Assembly: GCF_001194135.2 (NCBI RefSeq)
Contig: NC_068987.1
Location: forward strand, 19,026,188-19,090,187
Reading direction: 5' to 3'
From: Octopus bimaculoides
Taxonomy: Eukaryota
DNA: 64,000 bases
Below are positions 12,211 through 24,676 of this stretch, piece after piece. Below the pieces are notes generated by a model. It was not told the DNA's origin, made no database searches, and saw only the letters and a program-made list of their open reading frames with translations. The position numbers were made by a program, and so were the translations under genes. Position 1 is the first letter of the stretch. Every line of letters starts with the position of its first letter.

Positions 12211-13494
12211 ATTTGGGAATTAGCACTTTATTTCTCGTAGACTTCATATCTGACTATGTGGAAATCAAACATATTTCATCTTCGGACAACACTTTTGTAT
12301 TATTAATATCCACCAACGTTAACTAATCTTTCTTAAGTTTTACCAATGCCTGTTTCTTTTGATGTTGCATTTCGCAGAGCCAGTCTAAACACACACACAG
12401 AGGAAAAAGTTTACTAACATAATCTGATTTAGTCTAATATATAAAGTATATATGAAAGTGAACTTATCAACAGAAAGAATAAGTATCTTCGCTTTGTAAT
12501 ATATTTCCCTGATTTATAAATCCCTGAATTATAAACGTGTTGTTCTCTTCTGCTGTGGCTTCAACTAATATATTATCAGTCCTGTGGTAATATTGGCGCA
12601 GGTAAATGGGATATTGGGGGGGCGGCGGTTCTTTTTTTTTTCAGGAACCCACTATATCGAGTGCGGAGATTCCGAATCTGCATTTCAAAATTTAAATCCC
12701 CCTTCCCATCAAATTTCTTAAATTTTCACTTTAAAAAATTTTTTTGGCAAAATACGTAGAAAAATATGGAGATTATGATTCTGAAAAAAGATTCTGTAAA
12801 ATTTCAATTTTTCAAAAAAATAAATTAAATAAACACCCCTCCCCTCCGCTCTATGACAAGAAGTGAAATTAAAGTGTTTTCTCTCTTAGTAGCATTATAA
12901 GGGCTCCAGGCAAACCAATGCACCGAGACCTATTGTTTTTATTTATTGGCAACAAGTCACAGCATATATAGATCATAAGTGGACCCTATATCTATGAGGG
13001 CCTCCAAGCAATTTACCTTAATGTCTTGTCTTTTCTTAATGAATATTCTCTCTCATTCTATTTCTAAATTTCATTGTCTCTTTTTTCTGATAATTTTATG
13101 TTGACATTTATAGTATACCATCTTCCATTTCAGAATTTCACAAGTCATTTCAGATGAAATTTCTTATGATACAACAGGAAATTTGTCAGATTTCGAAACT
13201 ACAGACAAGTAATGAGGGAAACATGTGACTGTGTTTGCTTTTCTTTGATTAAAATGTAAAATATTTCTCCTGAATTGCAATTTATAGTAAAGAAAGAAAG
13301 AAAACAAAGAAAAAATTGATGCCATATTCCAATGTCAACTAGATGATTTTGCAAACTTGAAAAATTCAGTAAATAGCTTCAGGTACATTGTATGCTAACT
13401 CTTTCATATCTAAAATTAAATTGATGAGTGGAGCAAGTTTAGCATATCTTTGTGGGAAAAGTGTTGAAAGACCGGAGAAGCAAAAGAGAATATC

Positions 13495-15186
13495 ATGGAA
13501 GAAATATCATATGAGAATCAATTTCTTGGAGAAACACAGCTAGAAAATATTGATTTCTCTCAAGAGAAACAGGAGGAGGTACAGAATAAACCCTACTGCA
13601 GTGAAATTTTTACGACAAAAAGTAATTTAAAGCCAAATAAATTTCCTCACTCTGGATCAAAGTTTTATCAATGTAAAGAATGTGGCAAGAATTTTACAAG
13701 AAACAGTTCTTTATATCGGCACCAACTTATTCATACAGGAGAGAAGCCATACCATTGTGATATCTGTGGTAGAAAGTTTTCACGGGAGAGCAGTTTACGT
13801 ACGCATAAGTATACTCACACAGGTGATAAGCCATTCCACTGTGATGTTTGTGGCAAAAAGTTTACTGGAAGTAGTGATTTAACTTACCATAAACGAACAC
13901 ATACAGGAGAAAGGCCATACCAGTGTGACATCTGTGATAAAAGATTTATTGCAAATAAAGATTTGTCTCGGCATAAATTTATACATACAGGAGAGAGACC
14001 ATATCACTGTGATATCTGTGGTAAATCATTCACTCGCAATAGCAGTCTATATAAACACTTACATATTCATACAGGGGGGAATCCATCATTCCAGTGCAAT
14101 ATTTGTGGTAAAGCATTCTTGGACAATACCCATTTAACTCGCCATACACGTACTCACACAGGAGAAAAACCATACCAGTGTGATATCTGTGATAAAGCAT
14201 TTTCTGGAAGTAGTGGTTTATTTTCTCACAAACGTATTCACACAGGAGATAAACCATATCCTTGTGATATCTGTGGTAAATCATTCTCCACTAGCAGTAA
14301 TTTAAATAGCCATAAACGTAGTCATACAGGAGAGAGGCCATACCACTGTGATTTCTGTGATAAAACATTTTCTATGTGCTCTAGTTTGTCTAATCACAAG
14401 CATATACACACTGGGGAGAGTCCATACTGCTGTGATATATGTGGTAAAACATTCTCTACAAAAAGCCATCTAAATAGACACCTGCATATTCATACTGGAG
14501 ACAGCTCTTCATACCAGTGCAATATTTGTAGTAAAACTTTCTCAGAGAGTACAAATTTAACTCGCCACATACGTATTCACACAGGAGAAAAACCATTCCG
14601 CTGTGGTACCTGTGATAAAACATTTACTAGTAGTGCAAGTTTATCTTACCACAAACGTACTCATACAGGAGAGAAGCCATATCACTGTGATATCTGTGGT
14701 AAATCATTCTCTGTCAGCAGTAATTTATATACCCACAAACGTACTCACATGGAGAATCAGAACCACTGTGATATCTGTGGCAAATCATTTTCTGTAGCTA
14801 ATAGTTTATATGCACATAAGCGTACCCACACAGGTGAGAAACCATACCATTGTGACATATGTGACAAATCTTTTTCTGTGAAGTGCAGTTTAACTAACCA
14901 CAAACGTATTCACACTGGAGAGAAACCATACTCTTGTGGTGTCTGTGGTAGGACATTTTCTAGGAGTAGCTTTTTGTCTACACACAAACGTTTACATACA
15001 GGAGAGAAGCCATATAGCTGTAATATCTGTGGTAAATCATTCTCTGCTGCTAGTGGCTTATATTGCCACAAAGGAACTCATACAGGAGAGAAACCACATC
15101 GCTGCAAAATCTGTGGTAAATCCTTCTCTTCTGCTAGTGGTTTATATTGCCATAAACAGACTCACACTGGAGCGAAGCAACACTGA
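13495..15186 (+). CDS. C2H2 zinc-finger protein ZNF-B (563 aa, 18 canonical fingers plus a degenerate N-terminal finger)
   Basis: Uninterrupted ORF with 18 counted fingers and TGEKPY-type linkers. Short acidic leader; no KRAB, BTB or ZAD-like domain visible. Confidence 0.95.
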   Translation: MEEISYENQFLGETQLENIDFSQEKQEEVQNKPYCSEIFTTKSNLKPNKFPHSGSKFYQCKECGKNFTRNSSLYRHQLIHTGEKPYHCDICGRKFSRESSLRTHKYTHTGDKPFHCDVCGKKFTGSSDLTYHKRTHTGERPYQCDICDKRFIANKDLSRHKFIHTGERPYHCDICGKSFTRNSSLYKHLHIHTGGNPSFQCNICGKAFLDNTHLTRHTRTHTGEKPYQCDICDKAFSGSSGLFSHKRIHTGDKPYPCDICGKSFSTSSNLNSHKRSHTGERPYHCDFCDKTFSMCSSLSNHKHIHTGESPYCCDICGKTFSTKSHLNRHLHIHTGDSSSYQCNICSKTFSESTNLTRHIRIHTGEKPFRCGTCDKTFTSSASLSYHKRTHTGEKPYHCDICGKSFSVSSNLYTHKRTHMENQNHCDICGKSFSVANSLYAHKRTHTGEKPYHCDICDKSFSVKCSLTNHKRIHTGEKPYSCGVCGRTFSRSSFLSTHKRLHTGEKPYSCNICGKSFSAASGLYCHKGTHTGEKPHRCKICGKSFSSASGLYCHKQTHTGAKQH

Positions 15187-15345
<159 letters not shown>

Positions 15346-15738
15346 TAATTGAAATATACAATAAAAACTCTATGGAAACAGGGAACAGAAATACTGCTGT
15401 CTGACTGTAGACATAACCTGTATGTCATTACACACCATAAGCTACATATGGATATGTTTCTATACATTATTTATTGCATTAGTATCATTAACATGTTGCT
15501 ATAATGTACCAATAAATTTTTTACCATTTTGTTTTCAGATTAGTCAACAAAAAAAAAAGAAGAAATCTTGACTTGTAAGTTACAGAATAAATGTACATCT
15601 GGTGTACTACAATAACTATCACCCATTATTTGAATAAAAGAGCTTTGTATGAGAAAAAATAAGAGGAGTCATTAAAATTTACTTTTTATTTCTTTTAATT
15701 GAAATAAAACTTTGACTATCAGTTTGTGTTATCTACAT

Positions 15739-16011
15739 CAGGGGTTTTCAAACTTTTTAACTTGCGGACCCCTTTATATTTCAGGCTTTACCTTAGGGAC
15801 CCCCTTATAAACGCTTATGAAATTTATACATAAATATTTGCTTAAAATAACATATATCTTTACATTTATTTATTTAACAGTATTTAACAAATAGGTTTAT
15901 TGTTAATTAAAAGATTTCGATTAAAAAACATATAAAATCAAATTGCCCATAAAAAGTATTTGCTGTCCACGGACCCCCTGTGGTCCGCGGACCACAGTTT
16001 GAAAACCCCTG
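15739..16011. mobile_element. hAT-type MITE, 273 bp, intact ends
   Basis: Perfect 16-bp TIR CAGGGGTTTTCAAACT/AGTTTGAAAACCCCTG. Perfect 8-bp target site duplication (TSD) ATCTACAT at 15731-15738 and 16012-16019. Confidence 0.95.
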
Positions 16012-17169
16012 ATCTACATCACACATTTTTAATCTGAATATTTTGCTACTATACATGTTGTAGTGGTCAACTGTAAACCTTACTGCAGTTTGTTGCAGCA
16101 AATGGAATAACATTTTGGAACCACAAGTTATGTTTAAATTTACCAACAATGATACTTTTTGTATATATATGTGGTTTTGTTGTATCTGGGGAGAGCCATA
16201 TTGTCTAAATGCCTAATTATCATATGTATGAACTGCTAACTTAACGGTAAATTTACAACTGCTGAGATAATTTTTAACTAGTAATTGAACAGAAAGTATG
16301 CATTTTTATATATCATGGACCTGCCACCTCATTGTTTTTTGTCAAGAGTTTCACCTCCAACCATTTGTTATGTCAGTCAACACACACCATTCCGCTGTCA
16401 TAGCAATAAAGATGGAAAGTTGCCGATGCATAATGCTGTTCACATTAGGATATAATTAGAATTAAAAGTGAAACAATATTATATCACATTACAATATAGA
16501 TGTTATTCTTTCACCTTTGACATGTAATACTGAACCAGTACCAATGTTGTATTGTTTTAATCCAAAGGGAAAAAAATTACATGTTGACACCCATGGTGTC
16601 TGATACTATTACCATGTAAAATCTGATTTGATTTCATTGAACCATTTGAGAATGCATTGGGAACAGACAGACAGAAAGACAAAGAATTTTATATATCTAG
16701 AAGATAAGTAATTTAATTGTTATGTATGATTATAAGACTTTGAGTATAGATATATAAATTACATACTTATTTGTTTAGTGATATTTGTTAATATACTCTG
16801 GCTCAGGGTAGCAATACTTATCAAGGACTCCAGTTATTGGTCTAACAGCAGAAAATGATCCTGTGGCTAAGGTACACAAGATCTGGGAGGAGAGTTGAGT
16901 TATGCCTATCCACCACTGTGGATGAGTACACTTTTATCAATCCCAAAAGACAAAGCTGACCTCAATGGGATTTGAATGTAGAGACTGAGAAGAAATGCTT
17001 CATGGCATTCTACCTGATATTCTTAACACTGCCAATTTGCTACCCTAGGGGACATGTTTCATTTAAATTTGGTAATTTTTCCTTCATACTCAAGTAAAAA
17101 TCGCATTGTTCATCTATTTAATGATTCTCATCACTACAGCAGCAAGTATGTTGAAGTATATGCTTCACT

Positions 17170-17460
17170 CATCATCATCATCGTTTAACGTCTGCTTTCC
17201 ATGCTAGCATGGGTTGGACGATGTGACTGAGGACTGGTGCACCAGGTGGCTACACCAGGCTCCAATCCGATTTGGCAGAGTTTCTACAGCTGGATGCCCT
17301 TCCTAATGCCAACCACTCCGAGAGTGTAGTGGATGCTTTTATGTGCCACCGGCACGAAGGCCAGTCAGGCGGGTACTGGCAACGACCTCGCTCGAATGTC
17401 TTTACAAGTGCCATCATGATTTCACTTTCGCTTGCCTCAACAGGTCTTCGCAAGCCGGAC
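17170..17460 (-). mobile_element. Retroposon 3' end with (GAT)n tail (RTE-LINE 3' UTR or derived SINE)
   Basis: CATCATCATCGTTTAACGTCTGCTTTCCATGCTAGCATGGGTTGGACG... recurs at 9505-9648 (-), 50315-50421 (+) and 54928-55068 (-), and decayed at 42545-42760. Confidence 0.75.
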
Positions 17461-17579
17461 TAAAATAGACCCAAAGTCTCATACTTGTCAAAATGATTAA
17501 AATGATAGTAGCAACTGAGTTACTGTTGTGTTTCTTTACTGCATTAGTATTCCTAATTTGATTTTCAGTGTCCATTCCA

Positions 17580-17690
17580 CTTAAATATGTTAATGTTAAA
17601 TTAACATACATATATGTCAATGTTAAATTAACATACATATATGTATGTCAATGTTAAATTAACATATATTTTATCATTAAATTAACATAT
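17580..17690. repeat. Minisatellite of palindromic units
   Basis: ATGTTAAATTAACAT three times plus a fourth partial unit, with (AT)-rich spacers. Confidence 0.8.
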
Positions 17691-18130
17691 GGGCAGGAGT
17701 GGCTATGTGGTAAGTAGCTTGCTTACCAACCACATGGTTCCGGATTCAGTCCCACTGCGTGGCACCTTGGGCAAGTGTCTTCTACTATAGCCTCGGGCCG
17801 ANNNNNNNNNNTTGGGCAAGTGTCTTCTACTATAGCCTCGGGCCGACCAAAGCCTTGTGAGTGGATTTGGAAGACGGAAACTGAAAGAAGCCTGTCGTGT
17901 ATATGTATATATATATGTATGTATTTGTGTGTGTGTTTGTCCCTCCAACAACGCTTGACAACCGATGCTGGTGTGTTTATGTCCCTGTAACTTAGCGGTT
18001 CGGCAAAAAGAGACCGATAGAATAAGTACTAGGCTTACAAAGAATAAGTCCTGGGGTCAAATTTCTTGACTACAAAAGCGGTGCTCCAGCATGGCCGCAG
18101 TCAAATGACTGAAACAAGTAAAAGAGTAAA
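17691..18130 (+). mobile_element. tRNA-headed CORE-type SINE family 2 (octopus OR-like), full length
   Basis: GGAGTGGCTATGTGGTAAG head, GGTTCCGGATTCAGTCCC B-box-like, CACCTTGGGCAAGTGTCTT CORE-like segment, internal (TA/TG)n, tail TGACTGAAACAAGTAAAAGAG. Confidence 0.88.
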
Positions 18131-18145
18131 TGTATTTTTTTTTTG

Positions 18146-18540
18146 TCTTTTTACTTGTTTCAGTCTCTTGACTGTGGCCATGCTGAAGCACCGCCTTTAG
18201 TCGAGCAAATTGACCCCAGGACTTATTCTTTTAGAAGACTAGTACTTATTCTATCGGTCTCTATTGCCGAACCGCTAAGTTACGGGGACATAAACATACC
18301 AGCATCGGTTGTCAAGCGATGTTGGGGAACAGACACACAAACACATACACACATACATATATATATATACATATATACGATGGACTTCTTTCAGTTTCCG
18401 TCTACCAAATACACTCACAAGGCTTTGGTCGGCCCGAGGCTATAGTAGAAGACACTTGCCCAAGGTGCCACGCAGTGGGACTGAATCCGGGACCATGTGG
18501 TTGGTAAGCAAGCTACTTACCACACAGCCACTCCTTCGTC
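18146..18540 (-). mobile_element. SINE family 2, full length, inverted next to the 17691 copy
   Basis: Reverse complement of 17691-18130 along its length. Confidence 0.88.
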
Positions 18541-18550
18541 TATGATAACA

Positions 18551-18765
18551 TAAACCTTTTTGCATTTAACCCGGTCATGTCCTGCTTAAGTATTCTGTTT
18601 TATGTTAAAACTGACCAGATACAACCTCTCACACCTACTCCTACAATGTCATTATAAAAATATACAAACACACTATTGAAATCTGAAAGCTATGAGATAA
18701 CTCAAAACAAATGTGAATAAATAGGCAATACACTTGACAAAGAAATTTGAATGCTAAAGGGTTAA
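18551..18765. mobile_element. TTAA-type (piggyBac-like) MITE
   Basis: Ends GAATGCTAAAGGGTTAA with a degenerate AACCTTTTTGCATT start. A homologous copy lies at 56870-57100. Confidence 0.65.
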
Positions 18766-19045
18766 ATTAACACACACACACACAAACTTATATCATTTTA
18801 ATGGCCACTTTTCTATGCTCACATGGGTCAGAAAGAAATTCATTGAAGCAGATGTTATATGGCTGGATGCTCTTCCTGTCACCAACTATCATCTCTCCCA
18901 GTTCATAATATCTTGCACACTACTTGAAAATACTGTTATACTTTCCACTTGCAAAACTTAGATAATAAAATATGATATTACATTTTATTTACAATCAGTG
19001 TTCTTCAGGTATTTTTACATTCTTTATTATTGCCTCTTACTTTTC

Positions 19046-19229
19046 TACTCTTTTACTTGTTTCAGTCATTTGACTGCGGCCATGCTGGAGCACCTGGTCG
19101 AGCAAATCGACCCCAGGACTTATTCTTTGTAAGCCTAGTACTTATTCTATCGATCTCTTTTGCTGAACCGCTAAGTTACAGGGACGTGAACACACCAGCA
19201 TCGATTGTCAAGCGATGTTGGAGGGACAA

Positions 19230-19268
<39 letters not shown>

Positions 19269-19441
19269 TATATACGATGGGCTTCTTTCAGTTTCCATCT
19301 ACCAAATCCACTCACAAGGCTTTGGTCGGCCTGAGGCTATAGTAGAAGACACTTGCCCAAGGTGCCACGCAACGCAATGGGAATGAACCCGGAACCATGT
19401 GGTTGGTAAGCAAGCTACTTACCACACAGTCACTCCTGCAC
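19046..19441 (-). mobile_element. SINE family 2, full length
   Basis: Direct repeat of 18146-18540. Confidence 0.88.
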
Positions 19442-20439
19442 CTTGTTTAAATATCTAAAGAATAACTTCAGATTCCTATAGTAACAATTAAGAAAATTAG
19501 CTGTTCCTGCAAAATTTCAGTAATGTAGTAAATATACCATAAGTCTGGTTGACCATTTTCAAATTTCCTTATGTTGTTCAACCCTTTGTCTGTCCTGTGT
19601 ATTACATGTGATACGCAGGACATATTTCCTTGATATCCCTGCATCATATATGATACACATTCCCAATTTTTTTCAATCACCAGAATATTTTGGGATCTAT
19701 GAAGGAAAGCTTTATATCACTCGCAACATGTGAAACAAAGTCTAACCAAAAGTCCTGAAAAACAAGCACAGACATTTAAGACAAACTTATGGAAATTGTT
19801 TGGACAAGCAAAAGGTTAAACTCTCCAGGACAGCCATGATTGAGTAGGCCCATTATCAAAAGTACAAGCAGTAAAGACATAAAAATTAGCAGTTACCTGT
19901 TACAACATCAATAATAGCACATTGAACAATAAAATTTTATTACGGCAAACATAAATTGCTAGTATACAGCTTTATTTAAATATAAAAAAAAAGCAGCTGT
20001 CATTCTGATTTGTTTTTATATTTTATTCAATCAATATTTTATCCAAATACAAGGTGTTAGCTATTGCAGTACACTAAAATTATTTCATAGTGTACAGATG
20101 GAAACGCCCTATTTTGTTCATTAATTTTCTTGATAAAAAAATTGTTTCCCAAATAATAGCCACTTAATAGTAACATGTTAATGATACTGATGTGATAAAA
20201 ACAGCATACAAATATATTCAAATACAACTGTATATAGTTATACCACAGTACATGTGTATTTTCCATATATTGTTTCATGATGTGAGGTTGGTTCATAGAC
20301 ATAAAGTGATGCAGATTGCAAAGCAGCATGGCCAGTAAATCAGAATGCCATTGGTGAAAAATGTGTATAGAACGACAGTGGTGCACTTAACCTCAATGAG
20401 GATAAAGCTGAAAAGAATGATGCATGAAAATGCTTCTAC

Positions 20440-21150
20440 AGAGTTGCTAAATGGAGAAACATGAGAGGATTGCCTGAAATAGATGGAATTGTGAGACAGC
20501 TCTGGATGGAAATGTTACTGAGATATGAAGGAAGGGAAGGCCACCAAGAATAGGCTGCTGAGAGGCTGATATCTGGTGAAATAGGACTCGAGTTAGTGAC
20601 TTGCATAATCAATCAGGTAGTAAAAGGGGATTTATCTCAAATGGTAGATGTAGCAGCAGCCTCATCAACTATTACAAGGGAAAAGAAGAGGCTCTGGAAA
20701 GAAGCAACCATAGGTATCAAATTGATGAACTGAGTAAGAGGCAGAAAGAGTTATAGCACAGCTAATTAGGAAAAGAATGAGCTTAGAGGGATGCAGTTTG
20801 GGTTTGTGTTAAGACAAGAAGTGTCACTGGTGCCCTCAGCCAAGTAAAACAACTACAGGAGAAGTTCTTATCTGAGAGGAAGACACTACACATAGTGTTC
20901 ATACACTAGTATAAAGCCTTTGACAGTATCTTTCTATATAGTCAGACGGTCATTAAGACAACTGGGTGTAGTGAGAATGGCCCCTTGTGAGTAATAAAAA
21001 ATCAAACTGGGTGTAGTGAGAGCCATGCAAACCTTGTACATGGGTGGGGCTGACAGCAAGGCGAGAGTTAGCAACAAGTTTAGGGAGCAATTTACATGTA
21101 CAGCTAGATGTTCATCAGGGCTCAGTTCACAATCACCTTCTGTTTATTTT
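20440..21150 (+). mobile_element. RTE-clade LINE reverse transcriptase remnant
   Basis: MQFGF (20791), QLQEKF, KAFD (20913), RAMQTLY..ADSKARV, HQGSV (~21114), with frameshifts. Confidence 0.8.
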
Positions 21151-21989
21151 TATTCTCTGAGCCATAACAAGAGATCAAGACCGACTGTTCATGGTAACTA
21201 CTCTATCTGGACGACCTCGTTTCATAGCTGAACCAGCCAGAGAATTAAAGAAAAAAATCCTAACCAAAGGAGAATAAGGTTTAAGGGGTTTAAAAGTGAA
21301 TCTTGCAAAATCAAAAATTTTGACAAAAAATCTGTTCTGCACCCTGGAAAGGCCACATTTAATATAGGGAAAAGGAGTCTGTAGGAATTCTATCATGTGT
21401 ACCAAATGTAAGATGGTTATGTATCAGAGATGCTGTAGGACTCTAGGCAGGCTAACAGAGGAGGACTTCATTAATATTATAATAATCATCATTGCTTTAA
21501 TGTTTACTTTTTCATGTTTGCATGGCATAGACAAAATTCATTGGCTGGATGTTCTTCCTGTCATCAACCTTTACCTGTTTCCAAGCAAGGTTCCTCATGG
21601 TTGGACATGTTTTCACAGATGATTGGAAACAAAGGATACAGCTTGTATAATGCTGATGTTTGTCTACAGCCATCAGGCAATGTCAAAACGAGACACAAAC
21701 ACATTTATATATACGAGCTTTGTTGTGTTTCTGTCTATCAGATCAACTCAGGCCAGGGTTTGCAGTAGAAGATACCTGCCAACGTGTCTTCTCTTATAGC
21801 CATGCAGTAAGACTGAATCTGAAATCATGTAGTTAGGAAGTGAACTTCTGAACCATACAGCCATGCCTGCACCTACGTAACAAATGAATAGATATAATTA
21901 GCAGTAAGAGCACCTATGAAATGAATTCTTTTAAATGTTCAGGTTTGACAGTAGCTGACAGTTTCCATTACCTATCAGCAGTAGAAGCA

Positions 21990-22370
21990 TAGTAACCAAC
22001 ATAAGGATGGGGTGAAAAAAGTTCTGGGAGTTACAACCTCTGTTGACAACAAAGGGATTCTTCTATCTCAGAATGAAGGGCAAATCGTATGATGCAGATG
22101 TTTGAAGTGTTTTATTGAACAGGTAGCAAAACATGAGCATGGATATTAGCATACATTATTTTCACTCAGTTTATATTGTGTGAAAAAATAGATATAAGTG
22201 AAATAAGCCAAAATAGAATATGTACAGGAATGGATATGTGATGCATATGAAAAGGACAGTTGGGTGAAGTGTCAAGTAACCCAAATGGAAGGAACTTGAC
22301 CAAAGAAGTGATAAAGGCTGATCTCAGGATGCTGAACCTCATGAAGGAGGAAAAGAGACAGCAGCTAGTG
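21990..22370 (+). mobile_element. RTE LINE C-terminal remnant (likely continuation of 20440-21150)
   Basis: KGFFYLRMKGK.YDA and EVIKADLRMLNLMKE resemble the RTE ORF C-terminus. Confidence 0.65.
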
Positions 22371-22689
22371 ACAAAGTACGGTGCAGGAGATATATTAAAT
22401 GAATATTGGACATCATTCTTCTATGTTCAAGCTATGTCCCAATATGCCATGGGTAATTTTGTTTTCACCCTTCCAAAGATCGTAAAATAAGTACCAGGCA
22501 AAGTAGTAGAAATGTCATCAACTAAAATCCTTAAAGGCAGTACTCCAGTATGGCCACAATCCTATTATTGAAATAATCAGTAAAAGAATAAAATGTATGA
22601 ACATATATGACATTAATACTGTGTCAGACAGTTGTAAATATTTTTGTTCTTTGTTCACAACTTCCATTTAACATTTTACATGCCTCAAT

Positions 22690-22985
22690 AATATTTCTTC
22701 TCTCTGTGAAAACTTTTGGGACAATACAAAAAACTACTTCTAGAAATTGGTTTATCACAGATATCAAAATGGTATGGTTTCTCTCCTGTATGAGTATGTT
22801 TGTGTTTAGACAAAGTACTGTTCATAAAAAATATTCTGCTACATATATCACAGTGGCATGAATTCTCCCCTCTGTGTGTTCATTTGTATTTAAATGGACT
22901 ACTGCACACAAAATGACATATTACAATGGTATGATTCTTGTGGAAAGTTAAACTACTGCTGACAGATGATTTATCACATGTATTT
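22690..22985 (-). pseudogene. Decayed C2H2 finger remnant
   Basis: Reverse complement contains CATACAGGAGAGAAACCATACCATTTTGATATCTGTGATAAA ([13 protein letters not shown]) and further broken fingers; no open frame. Confidence 0.75.
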
Positions 22986-23284
22986 TTATGTTGTTATTTT
23001 TCAAAAAACCAAATATGATTTTAAATCTTTTATTCTTTCTAATTTTATTAGCTCTGATTTCTATTCACTTGAAACCTTATACCACCTGGACATGATTTTC
23101 ATTATTTCATAATATACCTTCATGTATAGGTATGGCTGTGTGAATAGGAAACATACTTGACAATTATGTGGTTTCGAGTTTATACCTGCTGTATGGTAAC
23201 ACGGGCAAGTGTCTTCTACTATAGCCTTCGGATGACTAATGCTTCATAAGTGAAACTGATAGATGGAAATGGTATGGAATCCTG

Positions 23285-23286
<2 letters not shown>

Positions 23287-23334
<48 letters not shown>
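23287..23334. repeat. (TA)n microsatellite
   Basis: Read directly. Other (TA)n tracts flank the gaps near 40480 and 55554-55655. Confidence 0.95.
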
Positions 23335-23338
<4 letters not shown>

Positions 23339-23399
23339 AAAAAAAGGGATTAAAAATCCATGCAAATACTTTGTAGGGATCAAATTTGGAAAACTGAAT

Positions 23400-24676
23400 T
23401 GCTAAATTGTCCACCGAAAGCCATTGTAATTGACATTGGCTGTAAAATTACTTTCGGCTGTCTGTCCAATTTGTAATACAGTAATATGCTTTTTCTCCTG
23501 TGTGAAAATGTTTGTGGGTAGACAAGCTATTTTTAGAAAATATTTTATCACAAAGATCACGATGGAATGGTTTCTCTCCTGTATGAGTACATTTATGGTT
23601 AGATAAATGTTTTGCCACATAAATCAAAATGGTATAGTTTCTTTCTTGTGTGAGTTTGTGTTTAAATAAATTACTATGGACAGAAAATGGTTTACCACTG
23701 ATATTGCAACAACATAGTCTTTTTTCTCTTTTATTGATTACATTAAAATAATCTGCTGTATCACACCAGCACAGTCGTATGGTATATCTCCAATACAAAT
23801 ATGTTTGTGAATTTATAAACCACCCATATAAGAAAACTTTTTACCACAGATATCACATTGGTATGTCTTTTCTCCTGTGAAAATTCTCATGGTTATATAA
23901 GTTACATGCCTGAGAGAGTGTTTTGCCACAGATATCACAACAGTATAGATTTTCTTTTGAGTGAACATGCATATTACTAGTTCAACTACCATTTGTCACA
24001 TACGTTTTATCACATATATCACAGTGGCACAGTTTCTCTCCTGTATGAATGAATACGTGTCAACATAAATGGCTAACTGGAAGGAATGTGTTATCACAGA
24101 TATCAGAGTGATAGGATATTTTTCTTGTATGAATATGTGCATGGCAAAATTAAATTCACTTTGAGTGTGTTTTAACACAGATATTGCTTTCATATAACCA
24201 GTTTTCTTTTGTATGAATGCATATGTGGCTATATAATTTGCTACGTCAAGAGAATGCTTTACCACAAATATCACAGTATTATGGTCTCTTCATATATGTT
24301 TGTGTTGAGTTACATCACTTTTACCAGTAAACCTTTTGCCACAAATATTACAGTAGATAGGTTTATCACCTGTGTAAAAATACTTGCATGTACGTAAACT
24401 GCTCCCTTGTGAAAACTTTCTACCAACGATATCACAATGACATGGTCTTTCTTTTGTGTTAAGTTGGTGATGATATATAGGACTGTTTCTTGTAAAATTT
24501 TTGCCAAATTCTTTACATTGATAAAACTTTGACCCAGAGTGAAGCAATTTATGTTGATTTAAATTATTTTTTTGTTGTAAAAATGCCACTGAATTAGGAT
24601 TTATTTTTTATCCCTTCCTGTCTCCTCAATATTGTTCACCAAGATGCTTTATCTCATATGATTCTTCTTCCATCAT
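23400..24676 (-). pseudogene. ZNF-C, frameshifted pseudogene of the ZNF-A/B subfamily
   Basis: Start MMEEESYEIKHLG, then LLHSGSKFYQCKEFGKNFTRNS, nearly identical to ZNF-A. Many frameshifts and stops. Retains the paralogous splice acceptor (AG at 25055-25056). Confidence 0.88.

Noticed and set aside
17762-17845. 35-bp duplication flanking a 10-N gap inside a SINE
   Set aside because: Typical overlapping contig ends; assembly artefact.
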